Shown here: positions 31,014 to 32,968 of the stretch, piece by piece
Layout: each line of letters opens with the position of its first letter
Numbering within the stretch: position 1 is the stretch's first letter
Assembly (NCBI GenBank): GCA_037443265.1
Contig: JBBIOR010000009.1
Coordinates: 34,155 to 67,122, forward strand
From: Candidatus Fraserbacteria bacterium
GTDB lineage: Bacteria > Bipolaricaulota > Bipolaricaulia > RBG-16-55-9
Reading direction: 5' to 3'
Length of the DNA stretch: 32,968 nucleotides
Position numbers and translations under genes: made by a program
Notes under the pieces: generated by a model
Database searches by the model: none
The model's input: the letters and a program-made list of their open reading frames with translations, nothing else
What the model was told of the DNA's origin: nothing

Positions 31014-32852
31014 ATGGGCGTGAGACGCGGGATCATCATCGCGGTGTGCTTCGCTGTGGCTCTTTGGGAGGGTAAGGCAGGCTCCTCCCAACAGCCCTAT
31101 GGCTGGGAGGAGGCGGCGCGCGAGTCCTACTTTTATGCGTGGGATAATCTCCAAGCCCTAGTCACATCCGGCCTGGGGATTCCCCTAGAGAAGAGGCAAG
31201 AGATCTTGAGCACTTACGCACGGGAGGCGGGGCTTCCCGCCTTTGCGCAAGAGAGCCCGCTCTTTAAAGAGAGGCTGATCGCCGTGCCCTATGCGTCCGG
31301 CGATCCCAGCTATGTGCAATCGGGCAGTCTGCAGTGGGATGAGCAGCAGATGGATCGCACGGTGACTACAGAAGCGATCGCCTGGACGATCATCGCCTCC
31401 GTGAGCTCTGCCAAGTGGCTGGAGCAGCTCTATCAACTCTCTCAGACGGCCGAGACTCGCCTATGGGCCATGGTCCTGGGGCGCTTGGCCGGTGAAGCCG
31501 CCCGCTTTGCTCATGCCAATCTCAGGGATCCTCAAACGGAGCTCTATGCCCGCGCCTGGAAGGAGAATGTGGGCATCAGCGATCCGGCGGCGCGGCCTGG
31601 GGATCAGCTGGCGATGCTCTGGGCCCTCTCAGAGCTCATCTCGCTGGCTCAAGATTTCTCTTTCTATCGTGGCACGCTCTCCGGCTACGAACTCAGCCTC
31701 TGGGCTTCAAGCCTATTCCGCGCCATTTTGCCGCCTAGCCAGAGTCAGCCGGAGTGGCTGGCCCTCTCTGTCCATGACAGGGGCCTGCTCATGGAGGCCC
31801 TGGCCTCCTATGCCATGACGCTGAGCGATCCCTCGGCCTTAGGAGAGGTCGTCGATCTCATCGGCCAGAGCGCAGAACGCCTCAAAGAGAAGCTCTCTCA
31901 GGGAGATCTCGGCGAAGATCCTCTGGCCACGTGGGCTGAGGCCGTGCGGGCCCTGCTGGTGGCCGGGCGCCTTCTGAGCGATGACTCCTGGCGCGAGGCG
32001 GCTCTTGAGGCGTGGAACTCGCTGCAAGCGCTCTGGGATGACTCGCTCGGCCTCTTTCGCGCCTCGCCCGCACAAGCGCCCTTCGACTACACCCCCAAAG
32101 GGATCGGAGCTATAGCTGGAGCCTTCGGGGCGGTCATTTACGGGGCCGGCCGGCAGGAGGCTCAAGCTCAATATGCGCGCTTCTTTGAGAATGCGCTAAA
32201 AGCTTCGCACCTCATGATCGCCGAAGGGGAGGAAGCCGGTGGAGATGCGGACATGGATGGAGTGTCTTCGCCACGCAAGGCAGGTGGCCCGTTGGGCAAG
32301 GCGCCGGTCTTTGCCGGCAGTGTCCAGTACGATCCCAGCACGCGCGGGTGGTACGCGACGAACGAGCGCTTCCACACGGCCGGGGCGATGTATCTGGCCG
32401 CACGGCTGCTCTGGATCGGCCAGCGAGATGGTCAGGCGTTTCTGGGCCCGCCGCGTTGGGGATTGCCCGAAAACCCGGCCGCCACTCTCATCCGCCTAAA
32501 GAGAGAGATGGAGGTGCTGCGCGCCGCCTCGGAGAAGTTCGAGGGACTCCGCCAGCTCCTGATGACTCTCGAGGCCCGCGTGGAGGAGCTTAAGAAGCAG
32601 GCTGCTGCGCCCCCCTTGGCGGCTGAGGATCTAGCGCGCCTTCAGAAGGAGCTCGGAGATTTAAGAGGGCAAATGGCGAGTGAGCTGGCTGCAGTCAAGC
32701 AGCAGCTGGCTGCGCTGGAGACTCCAAGGGCTCCTCAACCGACGGCAAGAGCTGGCAGATTCACAGTTCCTGATGTGATCACTCTGGTCTTGATCGCACT
32801 CATCGTGCTGGTGGGCTTTGTGGCTTATCAGAGGCTACAGAAAAGGTCGTAG
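31014..32852 (+). CDS. Exported, C-terminally membrane-anchored helical protein (alpha/alpha-barrel-like domain + coiled coil)
   Basis: Signal peptide, Trp-rich helical repeats, DADMDG loop, heptad coiled coil, Pro-rich linker, TM helix and basic tail. Confidence 0.75.
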   Translation: MGVRRGIIIAVCFAVALWEGKAGSSQQPYGWEEAARESYFYAWDNLQALVTSGLGIPLEKRQEILSTYAREAGLPAFAQESPLFKERLIAVPYASGDPSYVQSGSLQWDEQQMDRTVTTEAIAWTIIASVSSAKWLEQLYQLSQTAETRLWAMVLGRLAGEAARFAHANLRDPQTELYARAWKENVGISDPAARPGDQLAMLWALSELISLAQDFSFYRGTLSGYELSLWASSLFRAILPPSQSQPEWLALSVHDRGLLMEALASYAMTLSDPSALGEVVDLIGQSAERLKEKLSQGDLGEDPLATWAEAVRALLVAGRLLSDDSWREAALEAWNSLQALWDDSLGLFRASPAQAPFDYTPKGIGAIAGAFGAVIYGAGRQEAQAQYARFFENALKASHLMIAEGEEAGGDADMDGVSSPRKAGGPLGKAPVFAGSVQYDPSTRGWYATNERFHTAGAMYLAARLLWIGQRDGQAFLGPPRWGLPENPAATLIRLKREMEVLRAASEKFEGLRQLLMTLEARVEELKKQAAAPPLAAEDLARLQKELGDLRGQMASELAAVKQQLAALETPRAPQPTARAGRFTVPDVITLVLIALIVLVGFVAYQRLQKRS

Positions 32853-32876
32853 TAAGGGCCGGAACTTCTCCTTGAT

Positions 32877-32968
32877 TCAGAAGAAGAGCAAGAGTCCGGC
32901 AGAGTATGCCGGTTGGAGGAATCTCGCGTTCAGGGGCACATTCAATTCCAGTTCGTTAAAGAACTCCA
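32877..32968 (-). CDS. 3' end of a truncated gene, probably an outer-membrane beta-barrel protein
   Basis: Open frame ..EFFNELELNVPLNARFLQPAYSAGLLLFF* with alternating hydrophobic strands and terminal Phe. Only 29 residues are visible. Confidence 0.5.
   Translation of the reverse strand, partial: EFFNELELNVPLNARFLQPAYSAGLLLFF

Noticed and set aside
32896..32912. Hairpin CCGGCA-N5-TGCCGG after the 612-aa gene
   Set aside because: Only 6 bp, no U-tract on the plus strand, and it lies inside the probable minus-strand CDS.

Overview
GC-rich, gene-dense bacterial chromosome segment. The gene mix is reminiscent of Ca. Bipolaricaulota/Acetothermia, but this is an unverified impression. Layout from left to right: (1) a minus-strand cluster of three exported proteins (two paralogous ~813-aa parallel beta-helix proteins and a protein with four short all-beta repeats); (2) a ~14.7-kb plus-strand run of 15 genes (pdxS, pdxT, archaeal-type GAPDH-like, comF-like, MBL hydrolase, dnaG, rpoD, miaA, nnr, tatD, nfo, tal, split transketolase, site-2 protease); (3) a minus-strand ABC-2 exporter plus a hypothetical gene; (4) nth, guaB and a polar amino-acid ABC importer; (5) a ~210-nt highly structured non-coding element; (6) an acyl-CoA carboxyltransferase, a small lipoprotein, a membrane-anchored exported protein and the 3' end of a probable outer-membrane protein. 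I saw no rRNA, tRNA, CRISPR array, transposase or integrase. The best leads are the structured RNA candidate at 28.64-28.85 kb, the surface-protein cluster at 0-6 kb, the divergent class II GAPDH-like enzyme and the transketolase with altered catalytic motifs. None of these can be shown to be a novel system from the sequence alone.
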